NCBI GenBank assembly: GCA_013239625.1
Contig: MU053136.1
Coordinates: forward strand, 638,017-702,016
DNA length: 64,000 nt
Direction of reading: 5' to 3'
Source: Lama guanicoe
Taxonomy: Eukaryota
Made by a program: the position numbers and the translations under genes. The first letter of the stretch is position 1, and every line of letters begins with the position of its first letter. Shown piece after piece: positions 38,001-50,942 of this stretch. The notes beneath the pieces were generated by a model that saw only the letters and a list, made by a program, of their open reading frames with translations, had not been told where the DNA came from and ran no database searches.

Positions 38001-41000
38001 AGCATCAGCGGCGAGCTCAGTTCTCCTCGGCGCTGGTGGCCGTCCAGGCTCGGTACCTAGGACTGCTGGAGAATGTGCGGGTGCGGCGGGCAGGCTACGC
38101 CTACCGCCAGGCCTACGGGGCCTTCCTGGAAAGGTACCGACTGCTGAGCTGGAGCACATGGCCTCGCTGGAATGGTGGAGAGCGGTAAGATTCAGTGGGA
38201 GACCGGGGAGCAGAGCGGGGCAGTGCAGGGAGCCTCTGTCGGGGAAGAGACCGGGCATTGCCTTGCACGTCACTGAAGCTCGGTGAATGGATGCTTGGGG
38301 AGGTGAATTGAATGGTTACTTTTCGGAGGCTCCTAAGTTTGTTTGAGCCCTGAACTCTCCTCCCAGGGTGAAAGGAGGTAGGGGAGAGGTGGAAGGGGAC
38401 CCTCCCCTGGGATGCCCCTCGGCAGCTTTCCCCACCTGCTCCTGTAGGGAGGGGGTCGAGAAGGTCCTGGGGGACCTGAGCATGTCCTCAGAGGAGCTGG
38501 CCTTTGGGAAGACAAAGATCTTCATCAGAAGCCCCAAGACCGTGAGTTGGAGTGTGCCCTTATGTTTGGTGGGACTGGAGGGTGGAAGAGTTGGAGAGCC
38601 CACCTGAGTGAGAGGCGGGGGAAGGGGAGCTTCTGGGACCTGGAGTGGCTAGTGGATGAGGAAGTCCTCTCTGCTGGGACTTTATCCCTGGGGACTGAGT
38701 CCTTGGGTTCCCAGCCTGCCCAGAGCCCTGAAGTTAGGTATGTTTGCATTGCCCGTCTGTGTGCCTCTGCCTGAAGCAGGACTCTGTGAGGGTCAGGGTG
38801 TCTGAGTTTCCAAGTCATAGCACAGTTCCTGCTAAAGAGTTAGAGATTAGTAGATGCTTATTAGATAAATGAATGAATAAAGGAATAAAGTAAGAGGACA
38901 AAGGAATGATCAAATAAAACACTGGTTGGTAAGCCTTTGGTGCTGTAGGGTTCCCCCAGGCCAGCCTCTCCGTCCCTCCTTCCACCTCTCCACAGCTTTT
39001 CTACCTGGAAGAGCAGAGGCGCCTCCGACTCCACCAGCTGGCCACGCTCATACAGAAGATGTACCGGGGCTGGCGCTGCCGCATCCACTACCAGCTGATG
39101 CGCAAGAGCCAGATCCTCATTTCCTCCTGGTTTCGGGGCAATATGGTACCAGTTGCCCCCAAAGTCCCATCTGCCTCACTCTAATAGGAGAGTGGGAAGT
39201 GGGAGAGGTGGTTCAGGAGCAGGAGGCTCTCTAACAGGCCCATTGTGTTCTGCAGCAAAAGAAGCGCTATGAGAAGATGAAGGCCTCAGCATTGTTGATC
39301 CAGGCTTTTGTGAGAGGGTGGAAGGTAATGGGGAAGGGGAGAGGGGCTTCCTCCCCGCACGTGGGTCCTTCCCCCACATGGGTCCTCCTGATCCAGCTGC
39401 TGGGGGATGGGGGGGGACTGCAGCAGAGAGTGAGTCCTGCCCGCACGTAGGGCACACCTCTGTGTGAAGGTTCATCTGTGTCTGGGTGTGTTTCTGGGTC
39501 TGCTCCGTGCGTGTCTGGGGGTGGATGTATGTTGGAGAGATCTGAACATAGGCCTGGCCGTGTCTCTGCCTTGGCAGCAGAGCTCTGCCTTCTGCTTTAG
39601 CCGTCTTCCTCGTTGCCAGCTTGTCTGACTTTACCCGCTCCCTCCAGCTTTAACCTCAGCTCTTTATCTTAATCTATTCTTTGTGTGGGTGACAAATAGT
39701 AGAACTTCTTCTAGGTTTGTCTTCTAGCTTCCAGATAACTGTCTATCTTTACTTTGGCTCCTTTCTTGTATGTCCCTGCCAGGCCCGCAAGAATTACAGA
39801 AAATACTTCCGGTCGGGGGCTGCTCTCACCTTGGCAAATTTCATCTACAGGAGCATAGTAAGTGGTGGGGGTTGAGGGTGGGAGTGGGGCGCTGAGGAGG
39901 AAGGGACAGGTTTGGAAGAGGAGGTATGTGGGGTTCAAGAAGAGGTGACTCGGAGCTTTTCCCCAAGAACCCCCTCTGTCTGCAGGTTCTTAAGTCCTAG
40001 GAGAAGAGGGGATGGGGCAGCAACCTGCGGGGAGCAGGATGCAGTACGTCAGGATGCAGGGGCAGAATCAGAGCACGTTTTGTTTGGCATGAGTGGACCC
40101 TGCAGGCACCCTTGTGTCTGGAAAAGGTCCCAGCACACCGACCGACTAGCCTGTGGTGAATAGGGCAGCGGAGACACTGGTGCTGGGTGGTTAACTATAG
40201 TTGAAAAGGCTGAGCCTCATTGAAGAGCAGAGTGAGGACCCACATAGGGTTAACTAACCCAACCTCCCAAGGTCCATCTTAGGGTTAGGGCCTGAAGCTG
40301 GAGGAACCGAATCTTCCTTCTAGCTCTTCTGAAACTGTAGCAGCCAGGCTGCAACTGAATCTCAGGAAGGATCTTAATTCTGGAGAACTCAGGTCAGGGT
40401 GGGCAGGAAGAGGCCAGGACCAGGCCTGGACATTCAAGCAGTTACCAGTGAGAGGAAAACAGGGGCAGAGGGGGTGGTTCCTAGAGACGTGTATCTGATA
40501 GCAGCGGCGCTTCTGGGGAGTGTCGCCAGGAACCCAGACGGTGGAGAGCAGCACTTCCGGTGAGGACCTGGGAAAGACCACAGAGAAGGAGGAAGGGTGG
40601 GAGAGCCTGGACAGAGGGCTGGGGTGAATTAGAACTGACCTGGACTGACCAGATTGCTAGCAGTTGTTTGGACTCTGACGAACTATGCTCGTAAAGACAC
40701 GAGACACATTCGCTGGAGCTCCTCTCTGCTGTCAGAGAGGCGAGTGGAGGAATGGGGGCTCTGGGCCTCTTCACTGCTTCCCTGAGCCTTCGCTGTGTCC
40801 TCCTCCCCCTCCCCAGGGAAGCTCCATCTTCCTAGACTTCTTCTGCTGCCTGAGCTCTCCTCAGGCAGGCTCCAGCGTTCTGCCTGCCTTCCCAGAGCGT
40901 GTGCTCTCTTGCTGCATACCTGAGACCTGTAATCTGACTCTGCTCTTATCTCTTGACTGACCTCTCTTCCACCTTTTCTTGCACCTGTATATTATCAGGC

Positions 41001-44000
41001 AATCGCTAAATGTCACCCCAGGAGCCATTGGGTTTACAAATCATATGCACTATGGAAGTCTGCATGCAGGGGCCCACTGGGCATTAATTGCCCCAGGGTT
41101 CTGACTAGTCCCTAGTTTGCCATTGCCTTGCCTATAACAAATACTAACACCTACTATTTTTGAACACTTGCTATGTGCTAAGCTCTTTACAAGCATTAAC
41201 TCTAATGTTTTCAACAACCCTGTTGAGGTAGGCCCTTATTTTATTGGTAAAAACTAAGGCCCACAGAGGTTGAATAACTTGTAGTTGTCCCACAGCCGAT
41301 AAATGGTAGAGCTGAGATACAAACGATTTGCCTTGAATTTTAACCACTGCCTATGAAACCCGCCTCCACCCTGTCCCACCACCTACACACACTGCAGAGG
41401 CCTGGGCAATCAAGGCATCCACGGCTCTGGGTAGCCCTAGGGGCAGGAGGGCTGCACAGAGAAAAGCAGAACTTTCTAGATCTAGGGAAAAAAACAAACA
41501 AAAAAGAAAACCCTCAGAGCTCCGCATCAGTTGGAACATGGGGGATTCTGGGAGATGTTTATTGAATTAAATCAAACCAGGCCAAGGACTAGGGACCCCA
41601 GGGGGGCTAGACCACGCCCACTGGGCCTTTGTAGGGGAAGATGCAAAGAGCTCGGACAGTTCCTGGAGAGTCACCGCAGTGCGCTGTGTGCTCTGCCTTT
41701 TTCTAGTTTAGTTTTTTTAACCTAATGTCTCAGTAAAAAGTTGTCATAAAAATTCCCCAAATGTGGAAGTGTTCAAATCATTTTCTATACTTCCGATAAC
41801 TCTATCCCATAAATAAACAGGGTGCTAGGTGCTCCCCGGGTTATAAAGACTTAAAGAGTCCTTGTTCTAGACTGAGGGAGACGAAACAGAGGCCATGTGT
41901 GAAACGTGATTGGATCCAGGATCAGGAAAAATAAAAACAAAGCTAAAGAGGACTTTTAGAAGTTTATAAAGGACGTTAGTAGAGCTTTGCCTATACACTG
42001 CTGTTGGATGAGTATATCTATTAATGCTAATTTTCTTGGGTGTGGTGATGGAATTGTGATTGTGTAGGAGAATGTCCTGGCTCTTGGGTAATACACACTT
42101 AAATTTTAGGGGAAAATGTCATGATAACTGTAGCCTACTTCAGGATGATGTGGTGGCCAAGATTCATACAAATGTATGTATAGTGTGTATTTATATATTT
42201 ATATGCATTTGTATATGTGCGTGTGTGTTGAGAGAGAGCACAAAGGGCAAGATGTTAACAAGATCGTTTGGTGTGTTTAGGTGAGAAGTATATGGTAGAC
42301 AGATGTTCGTTGTAATGTTTTTTCAACTTTTACACAAATAACAAATTTTCCAAAATAAGAAAGTAAATTGTACTAAATTTTAAAAATTAAAAAAATTACA
42401 ATTAAAAAATCACAAGTCACTTTATGTCACTCTTCCACTAAAACCCTCAAATGATGTTCCATTTCACTCCAAATAAAAGCCATACCAAATGTCCTTACCA
42501 CAGCCTACAAGGCCCTTCATGGTCTGTCCACCCAACTCTCTAATCTTCTCTCCTCTTGGACACTTCAGTCCAGTCACACTGGCTTGCTTTCTGTGTCTGA
42601 AATATGCTACCACTCGTTCCTGTCTCAGGCCTGCTCTTTTGCATCATAGCGTATATAATTATCTGAGATTACACTCTGTTTATTTCCTTGTGGGCGCTCT
42701 CATTCTTCACCCCTAGGAGAATGTAAACTAATGAAAATAAAGACTTTGTTTACTCTGTTCACCACTGTGTCTCTGTACCTGGGACAGTGCCAGGCACACT
42801 CAGGAACATTGTTGAATGGTGAAAAAATTCAGGACCTGGGATCCTGACTCCCAAGGACTCACCGTCCAGAAGAGGGAGAAGATTTCCATGCAAATAACAG
42901 TAGCACAAAAACAGAAGTATAGACAACCTGCTGTGGGGCTTCTAAGAAAGGAGAGACACCCCTGGCACAGGGAATCTGGGAGGACTTTGAGCTGCATCTC
43001 AAAATAGGTGGAACCCGGGTTGGCAGGGTGGAGCCGAGAGCGCGTGAGCTGAGGCACAGAGCGAAGAGGCTGGGCGGAGGGCAGGGCAAGGCGCCGTCTG
43101 GTTGGTGTGCCAGGGTGACGCAGGGGGTGCCCTAAGCAGGGGACCTCGTGTGCCAGGCTGAGGTGTTGGGCTTGACTGACCGCTCGCTAACACAGACGGT
43201 GGGGCTGCCGTCTGCAGGCGATTCTGAGCTGAGGGAAAAGGAAGCTATAGGAGTGAAACATGGAGGCCAGTTTTCATCTTGGCCCCTCCCACCTCCCTAC
43301 CCTGGTAGAAGGTATCTACCTGGAAGGAATCCTGTCTCTTCTGTCTCCCATTTCGCGCTCTTACTGCCCAGCCTCAAGCCTGCGTTCACACTGAAAGATC
43401 AGGAGGTGACCCCCTTCTGTCTCCTCAGCTCAACTTTTGCCTCTCCCTGTGGGAGGCCTTCCTCCTGGAAGTGGTGGGACCGGGAGCGAGCTTGCCTGAC
43501 AGGAAGTCTTTCTTACCATCCCACTCCTGATCCCCTGCCCCCAATCCAGGCCCGGAAATTCCTACTGCGGCTGAAGGACAATTTGCCGTCTACCAGTATC
43601 TTGGACAAAACGTGGCCAGCTGCCCCTTACAAGTACTTCAGCACAGCCAACCACGAGCTCCAGAAGCTCTTCTACCGATGGAAGGTGAGCGGGGCGTGGG
43701 CAGCCTCTCCCGGCCCCCAGGCTCTTCCTTGCTCATTTGTCTTTTTTTTTCCCTCCTCCCTCTGATTTTCCTCTTCTGCCTCCCTCTTCCACTTAAATTT
43801 TTTTCTTTAATTGTGGTAACATAAAATTTACCATTTTAACCATTTGTAAGTTTACAGTTCAGTGACATTAAGCACGCTCACACTGTTGTGCAACCATCAC
43901 CACCATCCATCTCCATGCTTTTTTTCCATCACCCCAAACTGAAACTCTGTACACATCAAGCAATAACTCCCTGTTCCCCTGTCCCCTGCCCCTGGAACCT

Positions 44001-45988
44001 ATAATCTACTTTCTGTCTCTATGAATTTGACTATTCTAGGTACCTCATATAAGTGAAATCATATCACATTTGTCCTTTTGTGTCTGGCTCATTTCACTTT
44101 GCACGGTGTTCTTTCTATTTAGGAAATACTTCTGAGCACCTGTCTGGGACTAGGCCTTGTGCTGTGCGCTGGGCACACAGCCCTCATGGGGCTTGTATTT
44201 GACTGTTTCCATCCCCTCCCGCCCCCCAGCTTCCCTTAGAAGCCCCCCAGCTTCCCTTAGCCCCCCTCCCCCTCCCCAGTGCCCCTCCAGTCCCTGCCCT
44301 CTCTGAAGTCTCATGTCTGTCCTTGTCTCTTTGTCTCTTTTCTTCTCTAGTTTCTGCCCCTCTCCTTCCACATGTTGGTGGTCTCCCCAGCTCCTTCCCC
44401 AGCCCTGTCCTCTTCCTCCATGACCTTAGCTTCTTCCTCATCCCCTCACAGTGCAAGAAATTCCGGGATCGGCTGTCACCAAAGCAGGTAGAGACCCTGA
44501 GGGAGAAGCTCTGTGCCAGCGAGCTGTTCAAGGGCAAGAAGGCTTCATACCCCCAGAGGTGAGGGCCTCCCTGACCCTGCGCAGTTTCATCAGACTGAAG
44601 AGAGGCTTCCCTCGGTGGGATAGAGCAGTGGCTCTTACATTTAGTGTGATCAGTATCACCTGGCTGGCTGGATAACAGCCAGATTGCTGCAGGCCCTCAG
44701 AGCTTCTGATTCAGCAGGTCTGGGGTGGGGCCTAAGAATTTGCCTCTCTAACAAGGTCTCAGGCGTTGCTGGTGTTGGTCCTAGACCATGTTCTGAGAAC
44801 CACTGAGACAGGATATGTTGGAGGGTGGGGGAAGGGCACAGGAGGCCTGAGATGGGGACTCAGAGAGGGAGGTGCAAGCCCTTGTCTCAACTGCTTACCT
44901 CCTGTGTGCCCTCAGTGTCCCTATTCCGTTCCACGGTGACTACATTGGGCTGCAAAGAAACCCTAAGCTACAGCAGCTGAAGGGTGGAGAGGAAGGGCCT
45001 GTTCTGGTGGCAGAGACTGTGATGAAGGTCAACCGTGGCAACGGCAAGGTGAAGGCCTACATCCCATCTCCTCCCCGAGGCCTGATCCAGAGCCTCGGCC
45101 AGGTAGCTGGAAGGGTGGGGACTAACCCCCACCTTTCCTCCCCTTCCCTGTTCTGTCCCTAGACTTCCTCTCGAATTCTCCTCCTGACCAAGGGGCATGT
45201 GATTATCACAGACACCAAGAATTCCCAGGCCAAGACTGTCATTGCGCTGGATAGTGTGGCCGGGGTGTCCGTCACCAGCTTCAAGGATGGGCTTTTTAGC
45301 TTGCATCTGAGTGAGGTATCAGAGCTGGGCGGGGGCGGGGCCTCAGACTGGAGAAGGCGGCTGGCATGGCGGGGCTGGGGCTGAGTGGAGACCAGACCTC
45401 TCCCTCTGGGCCTCTGATGGAGAGAAAATGCATCCACTCCTGCTATTTTTCCCCTCCCTAAGATATCATCAGTGGGCTCCAAGGGGGACTTCCTGCTGGT
45501 CAGCGAGCACGTGGTTGAACTGCTTACCAAGATGTACCGGGCTGTGCTGGATGCCACACAGAGGCAGCTTCCAGTCACCGTGACTGAAGAGTAAGGCCAC
45601 GAGCCGGGGGTGAGGGATGGCCTGGGGCAGAGGACCAAGCTGTTGGTCATTGTGACCGGGGAGACGTGGGCAGGCAGAAAGTGAAGCGAACAATGTCAGG
45701 GCAGGGCCACCCCGGTTCTCTGGGGCCTTGAGTCTTCTGACATAGGGGGCTGGTGGGGGAACGTACTTGCCTCAAGGAGGGGAGGGGAAGCCACCGTGAA
45801 ACTACAGAAGGGGTGAGAGGAAGAGGACACTAGCTTTGCCTTTCTGTCTGTCCCCCTCCAGGTTCTCAGTGAGGTTCAAGGAGAGCAGTGTGGCTGTCAA
45901 GGTCATCCAGGGCCCTGGGGGTGGTGGGAAACGTAAGCTGAGCTGCAAGAAGAAGGGGCGTCGTTGCCTGGAGGTGACTGTGCAGTGA
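29024..45988 (+). CDS. MYO1A: Unconventional myosin-Ia (brush-border myosin I), 1043 aa, 27 coding exons
   Basis: Exons: 29024-29137, 29246-29361, 29622-29716, 29889-29993, 30184-30230, 30359-30422, 30623-30721, 32728-32831, 32947-33094, 33564-33682, 33763-33849, 35195-35260, 35403-35507, 36774-36836, 37038-37238, 37405-37631, 37984-38184, 38448-38541, 38996-39145, 39256-39324, 39783-39857, 43550-43684, 44452-44558, 44916-45048, 45163-45315, 45463-45590, 45862-45988. Total 3132 nt = 1043 aa + TGA. P-loop GESGAGKT, switch I NNNSSRFGK, switch II DIYGFE, IQ motifs ([22 protein letters not shown]) and a TH1 tail ending CLEVTVQ. Confidence 0.98.
34139..34700 (+). mobile_element. L1 (L1MB-like) 3' fragment in a MYO1A intron
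   Basis: 'ccactcctgggtatatagccaagagaa...gcattattcataatagccaaaaagtggaaacaacccaaatgt...aacatggatgaacctt...gtggtgatggttgtaca'. Confidence 0.85.
41880..42400 (+). mobile_element. Old L1 (L1ME-like) 3' fragment
   Basis: 'gattggatccaggatcaggaaaa...aatgctaattttcttgggtgtggtgatggaattgtgattgtgtaggagaatgtcc...ttttccaaaataa'. Confidence 0.55.
43800..44110 (-). mobile_element. L1 3' end, reverse orientation
   Basis: 'aacataaaatttaccattttaaccatt...ttgtgcaaccatcaccaccatccatctcc...tctactttctgtctctatgaatttgactattctaggtacctcatataagtg'. Confidence 0.85.
44626..44805. mobile_element. MER5A-like MITE
   Basis: CAGTGGCTCTTA...'ttctgattcagcaggtctggggtggggcctaagaatttgc...ctaacaag'...TGAGAACCACTG with terminal inverted repeats. 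Confidence 0.8.
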
Positions 45989-46181
45989 GGAGGCACAGCA
46001 GTTTCTTCCTGCTGGACAGGCACCCCCCCCACCTTTGTGGGAGCATCTCGTGTCAAACTCCTCTGATGGGAAAGGGGCTCACAGATTGAAGATCCCCTGA
46101 AGAGGACCTTGCTTCTCCCAAACGTTTCCAAGTCCTTCCTCCATACTTCGCTTCCTCCCACCCTCAGCCTTTTTGCCCACT

Positions 46182-46187
46182 AATAAA
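46182..46187 (+). terminator. MYO1A: MYO1A polyadenylation signal
   Basis: AATAAA about 190 nt after the TGA. Confidence 0.75.
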
Positions 46188-49100
46188 ACAGGAGATTTGG
46201 CAAAGATTTGGTCAGTGTGGATGAGTTCCTGTTCCCCCATCTTTTCACTGGCTTGTACTTAGACCCTCTGCCTGCCTCCCTTTCCTCTCCTCAGGCTCCT
46301 TGGAGCCAGCTAATGGAGATAATAAGAATGAAAGAGAAGGGAAATTTTCTCTGTGCTCCTTGACCGGCTGAGCTCTGGCTGGGTGGGGAAATGGGCTGAT
46401 TCATTAAGTGTGTCCCTGGAGGGAAGAAGTCAGGATCCCGGTCTTGGCAGGAACTGGGATCCTTTGGAGATTTAACCTGAAAAGATGCCTGAGGCTGGAG
46501 GGCTCCTGTGAGCTGAGGTGAGCTGGGGAATGCAGGGTCCCCTGCGCTGGGAGCTCCATAGCCCCCGCCACCCCCGCCTCAGCACTGGGCGTCATCACAC
46601 CTGCCCCATGGCACCCCTTCCTTTCTGTGCCCCAGAGATGCTAGGCTGCTGCCAACTGTTATCTTGCTGATCACAGCTGGGGCCTGCAGCTGGTGGCACT
46701 TGACGGTGGTGGCGGGGGTTCTCTACCCCGACTCCCCCATCCCTGTGACTGACCTCTTCCCTCTTGTCTTCATTTATTTTCCCTGTGTCATCATCATTAT
46801 TCCTTTCTTGGTTTCCAACTGTCTCACACCATCTCGTTCCCGTTTCTGTGTGCTCTGACTAATGTTAATACGTAATATTTTGTATAATGCTTTAAATATC
46901 CTCCCACTTCCTTCATATCTGTTACCTCATAGATTCTGTCTTGTCTCAGCCTCTCCTACTCTGTCTCTACCTTTAGGGAACAGGCAGCTCCTATGTTTGC
47001 AGTAAAATGTTGGTCTGTGCTCTGAGAGAGCGGACAAATGGCTGCCTTTGTTTCTGTCTGGATGGCTCTGCCTCCTTCCACCATCTCTACCTTCCCTGCT
47101 TCTTCCCTGTCTCCACTGAGCTCATGTGCCTTTGAGGCTGGGGTCCTTCTATCCACCTTCTATCGGCTTCCATCGTCAGGCAGCTCACGCCCCAGGTAAT
47201 TGTGCTGGCGGGAGACCTGATTAACTCCTCGTCTTGCCTGCAGATTAATGTTGCTCTCGGAGCACAAGCAGCCCCGTGTTCTGGCACACCCGGCTCTGAG
47301 CTGAGCTAGGACCCAGGGAGGCAGCTCTTGCCAGCGGGCGAGGGGCTAGGGCTGTCTGTGTCCTGAGTTGGGGGTAGACAGGCTCTGGCCACCCTCCTCC
47401 CATCCCTAGCAGCTCCCTCCATCCTCGACTTCTCAGAATCAGGCCGAGAGGAGGGTGACCAGAGCCTGACCGCCCCCGCTCTCCGCCTCGTCTCCTGCTC
47501 CCAGGGCCCAAATTGTCGTCACTTTCCCAATGAAGTGTCTGGTCATTTTCAGAAGCAATTTCAGGAGAATATGCAGCTGCTGCTCCCTACCCTGCTTTTC
47601 CTTTTCCAGCATGGCTGAAGGCACTGTCAGCTCTCTGGGCTGGGGGCTGAAGGGGCACAGGCTGGGGTCCCTGGTCTCCCTTCTGTCCTCCCCTCAGTCA
47701 TGTGGATGGATGCTAGGTTGGGGAAGGTTGGGGGGGTCCTCTCTTCTTTAGTCTCCCTTCTCTCCCTTCCTCCTCTGCTTCCCTGTCTCTTCAGGAACTC
47801 GGGAGTGTGTGTTTTCAGCCCCTGAAACCTACAGGGGCTCAGTTTCCCCACCTGTGTTTCAGGGCTTGAGTTGACTCTATGACAGTGGGAGAAGCTGAGG
47901 TTCTGCTGCACTGTCCCCGTTGCCCTGCCCGTCCGGCTCTCTCAAGGTCTAGACTGAGTCTCTGAGGGCCACAAGCTGTCCTGCATTCCCCGAGACCCCC
48001 TGAGGGGCCATCATAGCATCTCTCAGCACAAGCCAGCTCTAGCTCAGCCCTCCTGGCTTGGCCCGTTTCTTCCACAGGCTCTATTCCTCATGCTGTGGGT
48101 TGTCTCCAAGCTGTGTGCTGGCCGCAGGGCTCAGGAGGACCAGAAGCTGTCATCCTTCCATTCTTCACTGGTGTCTTCCTCGAGTGTCACATGTGGCCCT
48201 GGCGCCTCCCTCAGCACCCCTCCAGGATGTTGAGAGGGTCCACATATTGCACTCAAGCTGTGCACACGGTGGACATATGCAGGCCATCTTGTGTTCACAA
48301 GCAAGTGCTGGGTCAGCCTGCATCTTGACCCCAGTGGCAGCTGACTAAATTGTCTCATCTCAGCAAGTCCTTTCCTGGCCTCACCTCCAACCTGCCCCAG
48401 CAAAAAAGGGGGAGCTCCAGAGGAAGGATCTGCCAGGGACCCTGCTCCTCTAGGCTAGTGACAGTTAGTGTCTGAGATGTGGCCCAAATAAAGAGTAAGT
48501 GTTCAAAGAAAAAAACACCCAGGTTCTCTGTAGCTGCAACACCCACTTTACATGCCATTTGCATATGATTTGTGGCAAAGTGAAGCCCAGCCTGCCCCAG
48601 CCCTCTGAAGCCTCCCTCCTTCATCACCTTTCGGACTTAGCTTAGCATCAGCTCTTTCAAGTCTTTGCTAATCCCAAAGATCAAGGGGTGATCAATTCTC
48701 CCTGCCAATCCCTTGCTCCCCCCATCCTTGGCTCCTGCCATCCTCCGTGAGATGCCTCAACATCAAAGGACATTATTCATGGTGGACCTTTGCTGAAGCC
48801 TTGCTTCCCTGGTGCCAGGACTTGGGGGCAGGGGTGGATGGGAGGATGGGTTGGTGTGGGGAGGGAGGCTGATGCAGAGCTGGGACCCAGGAGGCTTTAG
48901 TCCCTAGCCCTCAGTCTAACACGTTCCTCCTCCTGCACCCTCAGCTCCAGCCTGCCCAGCTTGGACCTCCTTTTCCAGATTGTTAGGGGAGGCGGGGAGG
49001 TAGGAGATGGTTAGGCCCAATTAGGAACAGCACCTGAGCTTCTCAAAGGTGTGAGCCAGTTGTGCCATTTACATGTAAACAGCCTTCAGCTTCTACCCTT

Positions 49101-49419
49101 CATCCTCCCAAAGGCTCCCAATGCTGGGCCCTGGGCTATGGTCGCCCCACACAGCCCTGCAATTAGCTGGGTAATGGGGCCCCATTAGCCCCTCACATAA
49201 TAAAGGGGCCTTGAGACCTAGCTGCCGCCCTCTGGGGTGAACGTGGGGCCCTGTGCAGCCAGAGTGACTTGTCCTGGGGTGGGTGGGGTTGTGGGAGAGG
49301 GGAGACAAACATTTCAGGACCCTGGCACGGCCGGAGAGGACCTATGTAGGAGCCACACTGTGGGCTGGAATGCAGGAAGCTGCACTCAGGCTTCCCTTTT
49401 TGTTTTATGAATAAATTTT

Positions 49420-49650
49420 TATTGAGCATCTATTTACGCCAAATAATGTAGAGCTAGGAATCCAGCCACAGACGAATGACAGTCCTTGCCCTTGTGATGC
49501 TGACATTCTGGAAGGGGTGGGGTAGACAGACTGTAAGTAAAACTTCGATGTGTTTGATGTAATAACAGCATGAAGAAAAGAAGCAGGAGAGGGTACGGAG
49601 GATGCAGTGGTAGTAATTTAAAATAGGGTGGCTGGGGAAGGCACCAGTGA
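49420..49650. mobile_element. L2 fragment
   Basis: 'tttattgagcatctatt...cagtccttgcccttgtgatgctgacattctgg...atttaaaatagggtggctggggaaggc'. Confidence 0.55.
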
Positions 49651-50938
49651 GCAGGAGTCTTCATAGTAAATATGCAACAGAGCTTTGATTCTCTTCCCAA
49701 CCCCAAGATGCAGAAGAGCACAAGGTCCCAAATCTCCAGATCTGTTCAAAAGGTGGACCCCCACCCCTTCTGGGAGACTTAGCTGTTCCCTTACTGGTCA
49801 AAGTTCAGACCAGTGCAGTAAAATGAAGGGGAGGTTTGGAGTGAGAAAATCCTGAATTTGAGTTGGTTCTCCAGTAGCTGTATGTCCCGGAACATGTGAC
49901 TGTACTTTTTGAGCCTCAGTTCCCTCATCTGAAGATGGGAATATTTCCTACTCACACGGCGGTGGTGATGAAAATCAACTGCATAGCTCTCTGCTGACGC
50001 GCCCTGCAAATGTTCAAACCCCGCACCCATCATAGTGAGTGGCGACTGCTCTAAGGGAGGCTTTCACTCTGCCTCCCCTGGTCTCTTACAGCAGCGTTTT
50101 TTCTTTCTGGGTCTGCTCGGATCCTGATCCTGACTCTGACTCTGACTCTCCCCTGGGGCTCTGCGTTAGGTGTGAAGTGGGTAGAGTAAGTCCCCTAAAC
50201 TGCGGGGCGTGAACAAGAGGCTTGCAAGTTCAGGGGAGAAGACGCCTGAATTGCAGGGAGACAGATGTGAGCGGGAAGAATGTAACTATGGGGAGAGAAA
50301 GAAGCAATGAAGAGATCAATGCTGGAGCGGGGGCGGCGAGGGTAGGGGGACAGCTCAGCATTGTGTTCTGTTCCTCCTTGCAGAGCTGTCAGCAGGCAGG
50401 GCAGAAGTTAGAACCCTGGAGGGAAGCAACTAAGTTAGGCTGAGTCAGAGGTCAAGAAGTGGCGTGGGAGGCCAAAGGGTGGCATTAGCGCTAGGGTGAC
50501 GGTGGAAGGAGGCTGATGCTGGAGGTTTCTGCTGGAGGTTTCTGCATTCACTTGCGGGGAGAAGTGCAGACCCTCAACTGGTCTGAGGACCAATGGGGTG
50601 GGTCAGCTGCAGCTGGGAGGAGGGCAGAGGGAGAACTGAGCACTGGAGGGGATGCCAGCCTCTCCTCCCAATCCTCAGGGACCTGAGCTTGGTTGTCCTG
50701 GTGGTGGGAGGGCTAGAGAAACACCTGCCAGAAATTGTTTTGGCCTGGCAGTTGAGGTTGGAGGTTTAAAGCAAGGGGCTGGTGGGTGGACAAGGAGGAG
50801 AAAAACCCCAGGGAGTTAGCTCTGGCTTGGAAATTTTGTGACAAACCATATGCAACATCACTGCTTAGCGTGCCCAGTTCAGGGGCTATTTGAAAGTGGG
50901 CTGCTGGATAGCCCCGCCGGTGCTGGCTGGGTTTGTGG

Positions 50939-50942
50939 TGTG

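Noticed and set aside
43148..43765. 205-aa ORF
   Set aside because: Contains MYO1A exon 43550-43684 plus intronic read-through.
44221..44260. Short tandem duplication GCCCCCCAGCTTCCCTTAG x2 (similar small ones near 3440 and 50517)
   Set aside because: Ordinary slippage duplications of two copies with no array structure.
29024..45988. Possible MYO1A pseudogenisation
   Set aside because: All 27 exons join in frame with GT-AG sites and give the full 1043 aa.
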